61,874 bases of DNA, taken from the NCBI GenBank assembly GCA_017449415.1, contig JAFSJO010000045.1, positions 1-61,874 on the forward strand, given 5' to 3'. A program made the translations under genes and the position numbers. Source of the DNA: Synergistaceae bacterium. GTDB lineage: Bacteria > Synergistota > Synergistia > Synergistales > Aminobacteriaceae. This document shows, piece after piece, positions 1 to 9,166 of the stretch (within the stretch, counting starts at the first letter, position 1; each line of letters starts with the position of its first letter). The notes under the pieces are model-generated. The model ran no database searches. It saw only the letters and a list, made by a program, of their open reading frames with translations, and was not told the DNA's origin.

Positions 1-590
1 TTCGCCATGCTGTCAGGGTCGCCCGTGTAGGTCGTCTTTACAACGTCCATTCCAAGCTCGCAAGCACTTCTGACGCAGTAGGCAATGTTCTCCCACGCGG
101 CTCTCTTGTCCTTGGGAACGCTCTCGCCCTTCGGATAGACGTGGCCGATCAAAGGCATTCCGATTTTGTCGCAATACTCGCTGACCTCGCCGATCCTCGC
201 GAACTGTTCGTTCTGATAGTCGCCGAGCGTTATTGCGCCCATGGAGACAGCGTCCGCGCCCATTCTCACAGCTGCGTCAACAGATCCGAACACGCAGTCA
301 TTGGTCGGTGATGTCGGCGCATAGTTGGAAATCTTGTGAAGAATGCTGATGCCCGAACCCACGTAAGGCCCCCAACATCTTTTCTGGATTCCGCCGGTCA
401 TCGTCATGGCATCAGGACGGCCAATAACGATCTTGTCGATTGCTCCCTGAATGTCCTGAATACCTTTCATCGGGGCAATTCCTCGCGACGTGGCGTGATC
501 GACGGTGATCGCCATCATCTTTCCGCTCTCGGGGTTGACCATTCTCGAGAGTCTTACCGCTTTACCCATTGCATACATAGGCTGTACCAC
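1..590 (-). CDS. DhnA/LsrF-type class I aldolase family protein; the gene runs off the left edge, so the C-terminus is missing
   Basis: My own minus-strand translation from GTG 590 (AAGGAGGAG at 598-606, 7-nt spacer) reads VVQPMYAMGKAVRLSRMVNPESGKMMAITVDHATSRG...VRMGADAVSMGAITLG...GMDVVKTTYTGDP with no stop down to nt 1. The + ORF 336..608 is its antisense shadow. Confidence 0.6.
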   Translation of the reverse strand, partial: MVQPMYAMGKAVRLSRMVNPESGKMMAITVDHATSRGIAPMKGIQDIQGAIDKIVIGRPDAMTMTGGIQKRCWGPYVGSGISILHKISNYAPTSPTNDCVFGSVDAAVRMGADAVSMGAITLGDYQNEQFARIGEVSEYCDKIGMPLIGHVYPKGESVPKDKRAAWENIAYCVRSACELGMDVVKTTYTGDPDSMA

Positions 591-652
591 TTAAAAACTC
601 CTCCTTAATAACAAAATTTTTATATTGCAAGCCTAAAGGCGGCCTTGCTCCC

Positions 653-1708
653 TTAATTCTCAATAACGACTTTCAACGCTGTGCCGGCCATATGAAGATC
701 CAGCGCGCTTCTGAAATCGTCGAGCTTGAACTTCTGCGACACGATCGCGTCGAGATCAATCTTCCCTGACTTCACCATGTCGGCGGCCTGCAGGTAGTCG
801 ATCCTCTTGTAAGCCGTGCTGCCCGTGATGTTAAGCTCGTTGTAGTGAATGACGCTGGGATCGAACTCGCTCATCTTGCCTTTCGGGAAGCCCGCGAACA
901 GACAGACAGTTCCGCCGCGTTTTGCGAGTTTGAACGTCGAGTCGACGAGCGCATTAACGCCAATTGCCATGACGATCCTGTCGACACCCTCGCCGTTGGT
1001 CTCGTCCATGATGATCTTGTGAAGGTCTTCGTTCTTGGAGTCGACGACACGAGCCGCGCCGAGCTTCAAGGCAAGTTCACGCTTGTCAGCATCAAGCTCA
1101 CTGACGATGACTTTTCTTGCGCCAGCGATCAGCGAGAGTTCGAGGTGCATCAGTCCGATTGGCCCCGCGCCGATGATCAATACGGTGTCGTTGAAGCCTG
1201 TCCCGGTGTTGCGAAGTCCTCGGATACAGCAAGCCAACGGCTCAATCAAAGCTCCAGCCGCGTAGCTCACGGAGTCGGGAAGCTTCACGACGTTGCCGCT
1301 CTCGATGCAAATGTCCGGGATCAGCACGTACTCTTCGAAGCCGCCGTTGAACTCGTAGCCGATGGCCTTGCGGTTCAAGCACGCATTTTCACGACCTGAC
1401 AGACAAGCCGAGCAATGGCCGCATGGAATGACGTTGGCAACAGCGACACGCTCACCAACGGCGTAGCCTTTGACGTTGGCTCCGACTTCCTCGATGATCC
1501 CGCAGATCTCATGCCCGACGACAGAGTCAGGACGTACGCCCTTGGTCTTTCCACCCGTGAAAATTCTCTTGTCGGTTCCGCAGAGCGCGGCCGCTTTCAT
1601 CTTCAGAAGTATTTCGTTCTCTCCGCAGGTCGGCTTCTCAATCTCCATGACCTCGTAATTGTTCGGGTAATTCTCCGGGCCATGCAAAACAACAGCCTTC
1701 ATTTTCAT
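653..1708 (-). CDS. Zinc-dependent alcohol/polyol dehydrogenase (MDR superfamily, sorbitol/threonine dehydrogenase-like)
   Basis: 351 aa. It carries the catalytic-Zn motif GHEICGIIEEVG, the structural-Zn cysteines CGHCSACLSG and the Rossmann motif GAGPIGL. Confidence 0.85.
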   Translation of the reverse strand: MKMKAVVLHGPENYPNNYEVMEIEKPTCGENEILLKMKAAALCGTDKRIFTGGKTKGVRPDSVVGHEICGIIEEVGANVKGYAVGERVAVANVIPCGHCSACLSGRENACLNRKAIGYEFNGGFEEYVLIPDICIESGNVVKLPDSVSYAAGALIEPLACCIRGLRNTGTGFNDTVLIIGAGPIGLMHLELSLIAGARKVIVSELDADKRELALKLGAARVVDSKNEDLHKIIMDETNGEGVDRIVMAIGVNALVDSTFKLAKRGGTVCLFAGFPKGKMSEFDPSVIHYNELNITGSTAYKRIDYLQAADMVKSGKIDLDAIVSQKFKLDDFRSALDLHMAGTALKVVIEN

Positions 1709-1788
1709 AAAGTCTTCCCCCTAATAATGAGTGATAGATTTTTTCAAAAAAAATTGGAAATAATGAACTTAATTCAGCGCGGAAAGTG

Positions 1789-1821
1789 TAACGCAAAATT
1801 TTATAATTTTCTATTGCGTTA
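1789..1821. promoter_or_regulatory. 8-bp inverted repeat TAACGCAA-N17-TTGCGTTA, a possible TetR operator upstream of the dehydrogenase gene
   Basis: The arms lie at 1789-1796 and 1814-1821. The repeat spans the tetR stop codon (1811-1813) and sits about 80-110 nt upstream of the ADH start. No U-run follows, so it is not a good terminator. Confidence 0.25.
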
Positions 1822-2416
1822 AATACGGATTTAATGACGGCTTGATGATATGTTCGAGGAAATCTCGCGCGACCTTCTCTCTTGAAACTCTGTTGGGCGC
1901 GACACACAGATAGATGCTGCTGCCCCAAAGTCCGCAGACCAACATACGGACGATATCATCGAGCGGAATATTTTTATCGAGTTCCCCGGCCTCGAGAGCG
2001 TCGCTCAACAGTTCATGAATGTGAGAAGCTTCCATCTCGCCGCCCGGCATCTCGTTCGCTTCGTTGTCTCGTGCGTTGCTCATCATCAGGCGATGCCACT
2101 CGCGGATAAATCCCGGCTCAAGCTTGCCGCCGATCTTGTACCATTCCGAGAAATATTTATAAATTCTCTGGACACAGGTCAGCCCCTCCATAGCCTTGAC
2201 TTTCGCGAGGAGTTCCTTATGCTCCCGACGATCCAGACACCTGATAACGTCCTCTTTGGAGTCGAAATATAGATAGAAAGTTCCCGCCGCGACCCCGGCT
2301 CTGCTTGTGATGTCTCTGATCGAGGTGCCGTTCACGCCGTTCTTGGCAATGAGGTGGATCGCCGCCGCCAAAATCTTCGCTCTTGTCTCTTGCTTCTGCT
2401 CTTCTCTTGTCATCAT
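1811..2416 (-). CDS. TetR/AcrR family transcriptional regulator
   Basis: 201 aa. The N-terminal HTH reads TSIRDITSRAGVAAGTFYLYFDSKEDV. Confidence 0.85.
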   Translation of the reverse strand: MMTREEQKQETRAKILAAAIHLIAKNGVNGTSIRDITSRAGVAAGTFYLYFDSKEDVIRCLDRREHKELLAKVKAMEGLTCVQRIYKYFSEWYKIGGKLEPGFIREWHRLMMSNARDNEANEMPGGEMEASHIHELLSDALEAGELDKNIPLDDIVRMLVCGLWGSSIYLCVAPNRVSREKVARDFLEHIIKPSLNPYLTQ

Positions 2417-2427
2417 ATCCCTGTTAT

Positions 2428-2462
2428 AAAAAAAAGAGAGCTACGAAACTTCAAGCTCTCTT
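2428..2462 (-). terminator. Rho-independent terminator of the cold-shock gene
   Basis: On the minus strand, AAGAGAGCT (2462-2454) pairs with AGCTCTCTT (2442-2434) around an 11-nt loop. A T-run follows, seen as the A-run 2428-2435 on the + strand. Confidence 0.55.
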
Positions 2463-2532
2463 GGTTCTCTTTGTGTGTTCGAATCTTCTCTGCTGTGGAA
2501 ACTGGTTACGAGGCGGCAGGAGACTTACAGAA

Positions 2533-2733
2533 CTACATCTTGGCCACGTTAGCAGCCTGCGGACCTTTCTCCCCGTTGACGATGTCGAAGGACACTTTCT
2601 GACCTTCGTTGAGCGTCTTGAAGCCCTCACCCTGAATTGCGCTGTAGTGGACGAAAACGTCTTTGCCGTCATCAACGGTAATGAACCCGTAGCCCTTGCT
2701 CTCGTTAAACCACTTTACGGTACCCTGTGCCAT
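2533..2733 (-). CDS. csp: Cold-shock protein (CspA family)
   Basis: 66 aa, [34 protein letters not shown]..., with canonical RNP1 (KGYGFI) and RNP2 (VFVH) motifs. A CAGGAGG RBS lies upstream. Confidence 0.95.
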   Translation of the reverse strand: MAQGTVKWFNESKGYGFITVDDGKDVFVHYSAIQGEGFKTLNEGQKVSFDIVNGEKGPQAANVAKM

Positions 2734-2905
2734 AAAAAAAGCCTCCTGAAAAAATAATAAAAATAAAAATTGTTTCGTGCCGACATGCCCATGACATTCA
2801 GCAACAGGGTAAAGATTACATTCTTACCTAATTAATGTCAAGCGTAAAAACATTCTAAAAACTTAATGCTATAATCAGCATAAAAAATCCAGGACGAAAA
2901 GAAAA

Positions 2906-3541
2906 TTGAAGAACAATTCATTACTAGCGATAATCTTTGACGCTGATGGAACATTGCTGAACTCGATGTATCTGTGGTACGAGCTTGGCGGGCGATACCT
3001 GCGCAGCATCAACATCGAGCCGGAGAGAGGACTTGCGGACATGCTCGCGCCTTTGAGCCTCGAAGAGAGCTGCGTGTACCTCAAAGACAGATACGCGCTC
3101 GAACAGAGTCTGGGCGACATTCGCGACGGCATCGTGAGGATCATTCAGGACTTCTACATCGACGAGGTCGGCTTGAAGGTCGGCGTTCGGGACTTCCTCG
3201 AGTCCATGAGCCGCAAGAATATCCCAATGGTGATAGCCACGTCGGGAGATCGAACGTTGCTCAATGCCGCGCTCGAACGCAACGGGATCGCGCGATACTT
3301 CGAGGCCGTGTTCACGTGTTCGGAGCTTAACACGACGAAGCGAGAGCCTACGATCTATTTAGCTTGCGCGGAGTTCCTGAAGCTCGACCCGGGGAACATA
3401 GCCGTCTTTGAAGACTCTCTGTTTGCCTTGGAGACGGCTAAGGCGGCGGGGTTCATCACGTTCGGCGTTGAGGACGACTCCAACATCAACGACCGAGAGA
3501 ACATTATCGCGGTCGCGGATTTCTACACGGACTTCCTATAG
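2906..3541 (+). CDS. HAD-superfamily hydrolase (beta-phosphoglucomutase/phosphatase-like)
   Basis: 211 aa with a TTG start. Motif I is FDADGTLLNS. ATSGDR and FEDS..A motifs lie downstream. Confidence 0.8.
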   Translation: MKNNSLLAIIFDADGTLLNSMYLWYELGGRYLRSINIEPERGLADMLAPLSLEESCVYLKDRYALEQSLGDIRDGIVRIIQDFYIDEVGLKVGVRDFLESMSRKNIPMVIATSGDRTLLNAALERNGIARYFEAVFTCSELNTTKREPTIYLACAEFLKLDPGNIAVFEDSLFALETAKAAGFITFGVEDDSNINDRENIIAVADFYTDFL

Positions 3542-3543
3542 AG

Positions 3544-4161
3544 ATGAGATGCGTTATAGTCGGCGGAGCTGAGATAAAGAATTACGAGCTGATCCGAAAA
3601 TATTTCGAACCGCGAGACTTCTTCATCTACTGCGACTGCGGCCTGAGGCACGAGGAGAGCCTGAGGGCGAGACCCGACCTCGTCATCGGGGACTTCGACT
3701 CGCACGAGAGGCCGGACAGCTTTGAGAATGTCATCACGCTGCCGCGTGTCAAAGATGACACTGACACGATCTTCGCGGTCAAGGAGGCGATACGGCGGGG
3801 CTTCGATGATGTCCTCATGGTCGGAGCGACTGGCGGACGGCAGGATCACAACCTCGGGAACATCTACGCGCTGTTGATGCTCTCCAACGCGAACGTGAAT
3901 GCCGTCATCGTTGACGATTACTCCGAGATGAGAATTATCAGAGCTAACGAGACTGTCGCAGTGAGACGCGGCTGGAAATTTTTCTCGCTGATAAACATCG
4001 CCGGGGTTGCACGAGGCATCACGATCACGGGCGCGAAGTACAACCTCAACGACGCAGAGATAACTCCCGAGTTCCAATACGGGATCAGCAACGAGGTCGA
4101 GGACGATTGCGCCGAAGTCTCGCTGCGTGAGGGGAGCTTGTTGCTCGTCTGCGTTCGATGA
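3544..4161 (+). CDS. thiN: Thiamine pyrophosphokinase
   Basis: 205 aa. It has the VIGDFDSH motif, a GATGGRQDHNLGN motif and a C-terminal thiamine-binding-like region. Confidence 0.8.
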   Translation: MRCVIVGGAEIKNYELIRKYFEPRDFFIYCDCGLRHEESLRARPDLVIGDFDSHERPDSFENVITLPRVKDDTDTIFAVKEAIRRGFDDVLMVGATGGRQDHNLGNIYALLMLSNANVNAVIVDDYSEMRIIRANETVAVRRGWKFFSLINIAGVARGITITGAKYNLNDAEITPEFQYGISNEVEDDCAEVSLREGSLLLVCVR

Positions 4162-4182
4162 GGTGGGAGACCCTTCGCCGCG

Positions 4183-4210
4183 TTGCAAGTTGAGAAGTTT
4201 GTGGTATAAT
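4183..4210 (+). promoter_or_regulatory. Near-consensus sigma70-like promoter: TTGCAA, 16-nt spacer, TATAAT preceded by TGG
   Basis: The -35 element lies at 4183-4188 and the -10 at 4205-4210. The only thing downstream before the convergent sbcC is a hairpin and a repeat element. Confidence 0.3.
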
Positions 4211-4218
4211 ACAGCTTA

Positions 4219-4253
4219 GACAGCTTTCGTGAGTCAGCGAAGGCTGTCTTTTT
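4219..4253 (+). terminator. Rho-independent terminator after thiN
   Basis: GACAGCTTTCG (4219-4229) pairs with CGAAGGCTGTC (4238-4248) with one G-U pair and an 8-nt loop. TTTTT follows at 4249-4253. Confidence 0.6.
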
Positions 4254-4412
4254 CAACTACCTTTGCAACTACAAAAACTCAAAAATTTTTCAAACCTCGC
4301 AACCCTCCACAGAGCAATCGCAAAAAATAAATCCGTGAGATTTCACGAGCTTCGCAGTTGGGAAAGTCAAAAAATTTTTGGAACTTCGCGACCCACGACA
4401 CAGTGAGCGAGG
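4254..4412 (+). repeat. Intergenic repeat element, copy 1, with an internal partial duplication (4278-4321 resembles 4366-4412)
   Basis: 4254-4378 aligns by eye at roughly 70% identity to the reverse complement of 57377-57487. Shared blocks are CAACTACnTTTnCAACTACAAAAA, CCTCGCAAC, AAAAATAAATCnGnGAGnTTTC and GTCAAAAAA. Confidence 0.6.
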
Positions 4413-4420
4413 TCAGCACT

Positions 4421-4441
4421 CCCTCACTCCTAACTCCTCAC
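4421..4441 (-). repeat. Heptamer array (GTGAGGA)(GTTAGGA)(GTGAGGG) overlapping the sbcC stop codon
   Basis: The + strand reads ccctcac tcctaac tcctcac. sbcC ends GTG AGG AGT TAG (..VRS*). Confidence 0.7.
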
Positions 4442-7096
4442 TGAGATGACGCTCACGCCCTCACGCTTGGGAATGACGTTGATCTGTGCGGCTATTCGAT
4501 CCCGCAAGGTCTGAACGTGCGAGATGATCCCGATCATTCTGCCGTCGCGTCGAAGTTCGCCAAGAGCATCAAGCGCCATGTTCAACGAGTCCTCGTCGAG
4601 AGAGCCGAAGCCCTCATCTAAGAACAGCGAGTCAATTCGCGATTTACGCCCCGATATCTGAGACAGGCCAAGCGCGAGCGCAAGACTGATTATGAACCTC
4701 TCGCCGCCCGAAAGATTATCCGTTGGACGAACCTCCCCGGCTTGTTCGCGATCAATGACGCTGAGTTCGAGGCCATTGCTGTCGGGTCGAGCCATCAGGA
4801 CGTAACGCCCGCTCATCTTTTCGAGCTGCGAGTTGGCAAGGTTTATCATCATGCCGAGCGTGATCCCCTGAGCGAAGACTCGAAACTTGTCTCCGCCAGC
4901 CGAGCCGATTAACTTGGAAAGCGCGTCCCAGTCGGCGAAAATTTTTTCCTGCTTTCGATATGCCGCGTCAAGCTCCTCGCGTCGTGATTGCATGGCTTGC
5001 CTGTCATCGAGCTTCGTCTTGAAGTAGTGAGCTTTCTCCGTCAGAGCCTTGATCGTCCTCTCGCAGCCTTTGAAGTCAGCTTCGACCTCCGCTAGCGTCT
5101 TTGAAGTTACGGCCTTGGCCTCCTCGGTCTCGAATTTCTTCGTGAGGCTGTCTTTCACTCCGATCAGTCTGTCGTGTTCGCTTTCGAGGGATTTTTTCCT
5201 TTCACGCAGCCTCTTCATTTCGTCATCGTCGACGATCGAGTCCGAGAAAGCCGCTTCGCTGTCAAAATTTTTTTCGCGAAGACGTTCAGCGAAATTCTTT
5301 TCGAGCCTCGCAAGCTCCTCCGCCGCAGTCCCAAGCTCCAAGACATCAGCCGCAAGAGTCTTTCTATTGGCCTCGACCTGAGCTTTCAAAGCTTCAGCAC
5401 GTTCGTGAGCGCGTCTGATCTTCTCTTCAAGCTCCTTGACGTTGGTGAGCCACGCATCAATACGCGGAGTGATCTCGTTGACTTTCTCGACGGAGATCCC
5501 CATGCGCTGAAGCAACCCGGAAATTTCCTCCTTAGCGTTTGCACGCTGCTCCGAGATTTCGTCGAAGCTCATGACGAGGTTGTCGAAGTTTGTCCGCGCC
5601 GCGGTCTCGTTGGCTCTTGCGATTGATAAGCTGTTCGAGGCCGCATCAAAATTTTTTTGAGCGATCCGGAATTGTTCTTGCGCGAGTTTAAGAGCGTCAT
5701 CGAGGCCGGAAATGTCGTGTGATGTTTCGAGCTGATGATTGGCCGCCGGGTGTTCAGTTGAGCCGCAGACGGGGCAGGGAGTTTGAGGCTGTAAATGTCT
5801 TCGAGCTTCCGCGAAGATCGCTTCGGTTCGTGCGGTCATGAGGTTCGAGAGTTTCTTGAAAGCCTCGTTGTATCGTTCGTGATGCGCCGTGCAGTTTCGT
5901 TCAGACGCTTGCAACGTCGCCTGAGCCTCTTGAAGCTGCCGGGCCGTCGCTCTCTTCTTGTGCTCAATGTCCTCCTTTTGACGCGCTAATGTCGCGAAGA
6001 CTTTGACGCGCTCCCCTGCCTTGGCGTAGAAAGTCTCGGGGCTGTCATCGTCGGGAATGTTCTGAGTAACGCGCTTCAATGTCTCCTCATATTGCGGAAG
6101 CTCCTGAGCTTCAAGCTGTGAGACGAACTCGCCGTAACGTTCAATCTCGCTCTTCAGCTTCTCGACGCGCTCAGAAATTTTTTTGAGGTTGGCTCGCTGA
6201 GCTTTCAGGCTCGAAAACTCCCCCGACAGTGCCGAAGCTCTCTCGCCGATATCGAGTTTCTCATCTTCCACGGCGAAAAGTTCGCGGCTCTTGTCATGCT
6301 GTTCGAGGTCGCGTTGATTTTCGGCAAGCTCGATTTGAAGTTTCCGAATAGTTTTGAGCCATTCGAGACCCCTCGCGGCTTCGGTGTATTCGACCTCGGC
6401 AGCCGAGATATTTTCCCGGACTTTCGCAAGCTCGTTCATGATCTCAGCTTCGGACTCGAAATTGTCGTTGGGTCTGAGGCTGTCGCGCTGAAATTTTATG
6501 TCGTTGAGCTTCGCCCTCTCGTCGGAGCATCGGCGATAGACAAGCTCAGAAATTTTTCCGTAAATCTCCGTCCCGGTGAGCAGCTCCAAGATTTGTGCGC
6601 GGTCGTTCTTGTCAGCTTTCAGGAACGCGTCGAAGCCTCCTTGTTCGAGCATCACAGCCTGACGGAAGCGTCTGAAGTCAAGCCCCGTGATCTCTTTGAT
6701 TACGTTGCGGGAGGTTGTGATCGTCTCGGCAAGGATCTTGCCCGTGTCAGCGTCAGAGACGATGTGCTTCTGTGGCTGTAGGTTGTTCGAGCGCGATCTA
6801 TGTTGGCTCCACATGCTGACGTATCGCCGGCCGCCTGACTCGAAGGTAACTTTGGCGTAACATTCACTCGTCTTGCGCGACATGATCTCGTTGGTCTTTT
6901 CGTTGATGCTCGACAGCCTCGGGGTCTGACCGTAGAGAGCGAGGCATATCGCGTCAAATATTGTAGTCTTGCCCGCGCCTGTCGGCCCAGTGATCGCGAA
7001 AATTCCGTTGGCTTCGTAGATGCTGTCGGATAACTTGATGCGCCACTGTCCGCGAAGTGAGTTCAGATTTTTAAGCTCGATCTCCAAAATCTTCAT
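4430..7096 (-). CDS. sbcC: SbcC/Rad50-like ATPase subunit of the SbcCD nuclease
   Basis: 888 aa. It has the Walker A motif GPTGAGKTT, a long coiled coil with a central CPVCGS zinc hook, a C-terminal LSGGE signature and the Walker B motif LFLDEGFG. Confidence 0.85.
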   Translation of the reverse strand: MKILEIELKNLNSLRGQWRIKLSDSIYEANGIFAITGPTGAGKTTIFDAICLALYGQTPRLSSINEKTNEIMSRKTSECYAKVTFESGGRRYVSMWSQHRSRSNNLQPQKHIVSDADTGKILAETITTSRNVIKEITGLDFRRFRQAVMLEQGGFDAFLKADKNDRAQILELLTGTEIYGKISELVYRRCSDERAKLNDIKFQRDSLRPNDNFESEAEIMNELAKVRENISAAEVEYTEAARGLEWLKTIRKLQIELAENQRDLEQHDKSRELFAVEDEKLDIGERASALSGEFSSLKAQRANLKKISERVEKLKSEIERYGEFVSQLEAQELPQYEETLKRVTQNIPDDDSPETFYAKAGERVKVFATLARQKEDIEHKKRATARQLQEAQATLQASERNCTAHHERYNEAFKKLSNLMTARTEAIFAEARRHLQPQTPCPVCGSTEHPAANHQLETSHDISGLDDALKLAQEQFRIAQKNFDAASNSLSIARANETAARTNFDNLVMSFDEISEQRANAKEEISGLLQRMGISVEKVNEITPRIDAWLTNVKELEEKIRRAHERAEALKAQVEANRKTLAADVLELGTAAEELARLEKNFAERLREKNFDSEAAFSDSIVDDDEMKRLRERKKSLESEHDRLIGVKDSLTKKFETEEAKAVTSKTLAEVEADFKGCERTIKALTEKAHYFKTKLDDRQAMQSRREELDAAYRKQEKIFADWDALSKLIGSAGGDKFRVFAQGITLGMMINLANSQLEKMSGRYVLMARPDSNGLELSVIDREQAGEVRPTDNLSGGERFIISLALALGLSQISGRKSRIDSLFLDEGFGSLDEDSLNMALDALGELRRDGRMIGIISHVQTLRDRIAAQINVIPKREGVSVISVRS

Positions 7097-7098
7097 GA

Positions 7099-8319
7099 CT
7101 AAAATTCCGCGCCCGCCTCTCTCAAAATTTCATGATACATTGGAATGAAGATTGCTTGCTGAGACTCCGGGATCTGGTAGTGTTCAAACAAGATATGAAG
7201 CATTTCGAGCGGCTTCACCTCATCGAGGCTCTTATAGCTCGCCACATCGGCCGCGTAACCTGTTCGCTTCGTCTCGTCGCGCAAGCTCAACACTTCGAGC
7301 AGCGGAAAATTTTTCACGTACTCGTCGATCTTGTCCTGCAACGCGCCCGGAGCTTCCTCGCCCGTGTAGGTTACGTCCAGCCATATGGACTCGTGCTGAC
7401 CCGCGAAAAATTCCAGCGATCGAAAGATCTCCGACATGTTGCCCTCGATCCTTTCGAGCCTCTGGAAGGTTGGAACGGAGATTTCTTTAACGTCAGTCAG
7501 CTTCGCTCCGTCAAGTTCGAGGACGCACACGGCTTTCCCCTGTCCGGCCTCCCCGAAGCCCATAGCCAAAGGCGAGCCACTGTAACGAACATTCTTGCGC
7601 GATATCACCTGAGGCGAGTGAAGATGTCCGAGTGCCGTGTAGGTCAGGAAGTCCGGGAAGAGATCGCTCCCGACCTCGACAGCCGTCCCAACGTACAGCG
7701 AGCGCACTCCGTCTCCCTCAACGACCCTGCCTCCTCTCGCGAAGAGATGCCCCATAGCCATGACCGGGACATCACGACCCGCAGCAGCCTCAGACGCGCA
7801 AGCGAAGACCCTTTCATAATGATCTCTTATGCCCGACAGTAGTGAAGCCTCCGCGGCGTTGGCATCATCTCCGGCTCGAAAGGTTCGGACATCTCTGTCG
7901 CGCAGGTAAGGCACAGCACACACGACAAGCTCAGGCTCGCCAGTCTCGTCGCGCAAGATTATGACCTCGTCCGAGGGGTCTTCGCAGGCTTGGCCGACGA
8001 TATGAATTTTGAAGAGCTTCAGCAAGTCTTTGGGAGCGTCAAGGAACGCCGGCGAGTCATGGTTGCCCGAGATGATCACGATGTGGCGGCACGACGATCG
8101 AGCAACGTTGCCGAGGAACGAGTAATAGATATCCTGAGCCTTGGCTGACGGTGTCGTGTTGTCGAAGACATCTCCGGCCACCAAAAGAGCCTCGACCTCC
8201 TCGGACTTGATCACGCCCTCGAGCCACGCGAAAAATTTTTTGAACTCGTCGTAACGTTCATGATTTTTTAATCTTCGGCCTATGTGCCAGTCGGAAGTGT
8301 GAAGAACTTTTCGTATCAT
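7099..8319 (-). CDS. sbcD: SbcD/Mre11-like nuclease subunit
   Basis: 406 aa with the calcineurin-like phosphoesterase motifs HTSDWHIG, AGDVFD and GNHD. It lies 2 nt upstream of sbcC. Confidence 0.9.
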   Translation of the reverse strand: MIRKVLHTSDWHIGRRLKNHERYDEFKKFFAWLEGVIKSEEVEALLVAGDVFDNTTPSAKAQDIYYSFLGNVARSSCRHIVIISGNHDSPAFLDAPKDLLKLFKIHIVGQACEDPSDEVIILRDETGEPELVVCAVPYLRDRDVRTFRAGDDANAAEASLLSGIRDHYERVFACASEAAAGRDVPVMAMGHLFARGGRVVEGDGVRSLYVGTAVEVGSDLFPDFLTYTALGHLHSPQVISRKNVRYSGSPLAMGFGEAGQGKAVCVLELDGAKLTDVKEISVPTFQRLERIEGNMSEIFRSLEFFAGQHESIWLDVTYTGEEAPGALQDKIDEYVKNFPLLEVLSLRDETKRTGYAADVASYKSLDEVKPLEMLHILFEHYQIPESQQAIFIPMYHEILREAGAEF

Positions 8320-8383
8320 GATGAAGAACTCCGTTAGTGTGTTATATTCTTACGGAAATTTTAGCATGAGGGTGAAATGAAAA

Positions 8384-9151
8384 TTGGAGTGGCAGCTCAC
8401 GCAGTTGTTGATTGTATGTCCGCTGACGTTCCTCGGCGGTTTGATTGACGCGATAGGAGGGGGCGGAGGTCTGGTATCGTTGCCGGCGTTCATGATCGCG
8501 GGCTTCCCTGTTCACTACGCGATAGGCACCAACAAGATAAGCTCGGCAATGGGGACATCAATCGCGTTCACGAAATTTTTGATTGACGGCTACATGCCAT
8601 TGAAGCTCTCGGCGTGCGGTGTCGTCTTCGCGTTGGTTGGCTCGTCGCTCGGAGCTAAGACGGCGTTACTGATCAGCGACCACGCATTCAAGATCATGAT
8701 GTTATTCATCGTGCCGATTACGGCTCTGTATGTCTTCAAGAGTCAAAGCCTCCTCACCGAGGGGAGAGACTCGCAAGCCATCACCTCGCGAACTTACGCT
8801 GTGTGTGTCTTGATAGCGTTCGTCCTTGGCTTCTACGATGGCTTCTACGGGCCGGGGGCGGGGACGTTCATGCTGTTGTTGCTCGCCGGGGTCGCGAAGC
8901 TGAGTGTTCAGAAAGCCAACGGAGTTACGAAGGCCATCAACTTCGCAACGAACCTCGCCGCCATAGCCGTGTATTTCGTGAACGGCAAAGCGATATTCAT
9001 TCCCGGAGCTGTCGCGGGGATCTTCTGCGTCGCAGGCAACTACATCGGCGCGAAGTTTTTCGAGAGGGGAGGCGCGAGGGCTGTCCGGCCTGTTATACTA
9101 GTAGTGTTGGCTTTATTCTTTGCGCGTGTAGTTTACGATTTATTTATTTAG
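8384..9151 (+). CDS. TauE/SafE (TSUP, DUF81) family membrane anion exporter
   Basis: 255 aa with a TTG start and a GAGGGTG RBS. It is polytopic and has the GGLIDAIGGGGGLVSLP motif. Confidence 0.8.
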   Translation: MEWQLTQLLIVCPLTFLGGLIDAIGGGGGLVSLPAFMIAGFPVHYAIGTNKISSAMGTSIAFTKFLIDGYMPLKLSACGVVFALVGSSLGAKTALLISDHAFKIMMLFIVPITALYVFKSQSLLTEGRDSQAITSRTYAVCVLIAFVLGFYDGFYGPGAGTFMLLLLAGVAKLSVQKANGVTKAINFATNLAAIAVYFVNGKAIFIPGAVAGIFCVAGNYIGAKFFERGGARAVRPVILVVLALFFARVVYDLFI

Positions 9152-9166
9152 AAAGGATTTGATTGA

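Noticed and set aside
336-608. A 90-aa + strand ORF at the left edge.
   Set aside because: It is antisense to the aldolase-family gene, whose translation is far more protein-like and has a strong RBS.
2465-2490. A tRNA-like T-loop string gtgttcgaatc in the csp-tetR spacer.
   Set aside because: No acceptor, D or anticodon stems can be drawn around it. The region is better explained by the csp terminator at 2428-2462.
3523-4188. A 221-aa minus-strand ORF covering thiN, plus similar long antisense ORFs (for example 845..1399, 7132..7842, 11664..12182, 26815..27417 and 34925..35530).
   Set aside because: Each lies fully inside a confidently assigned gene on the other strand and has low-complexity, motif-free translations.
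4430-8319. sbcCD considered as a defence-type SMC/nuclease system.
   Set aside because: Its size, motifs (zinc hook, Mre11 phosphoesterase motifs) and tight two-gene layout match the housekeeping SbcCD. There are no extra partner genes.
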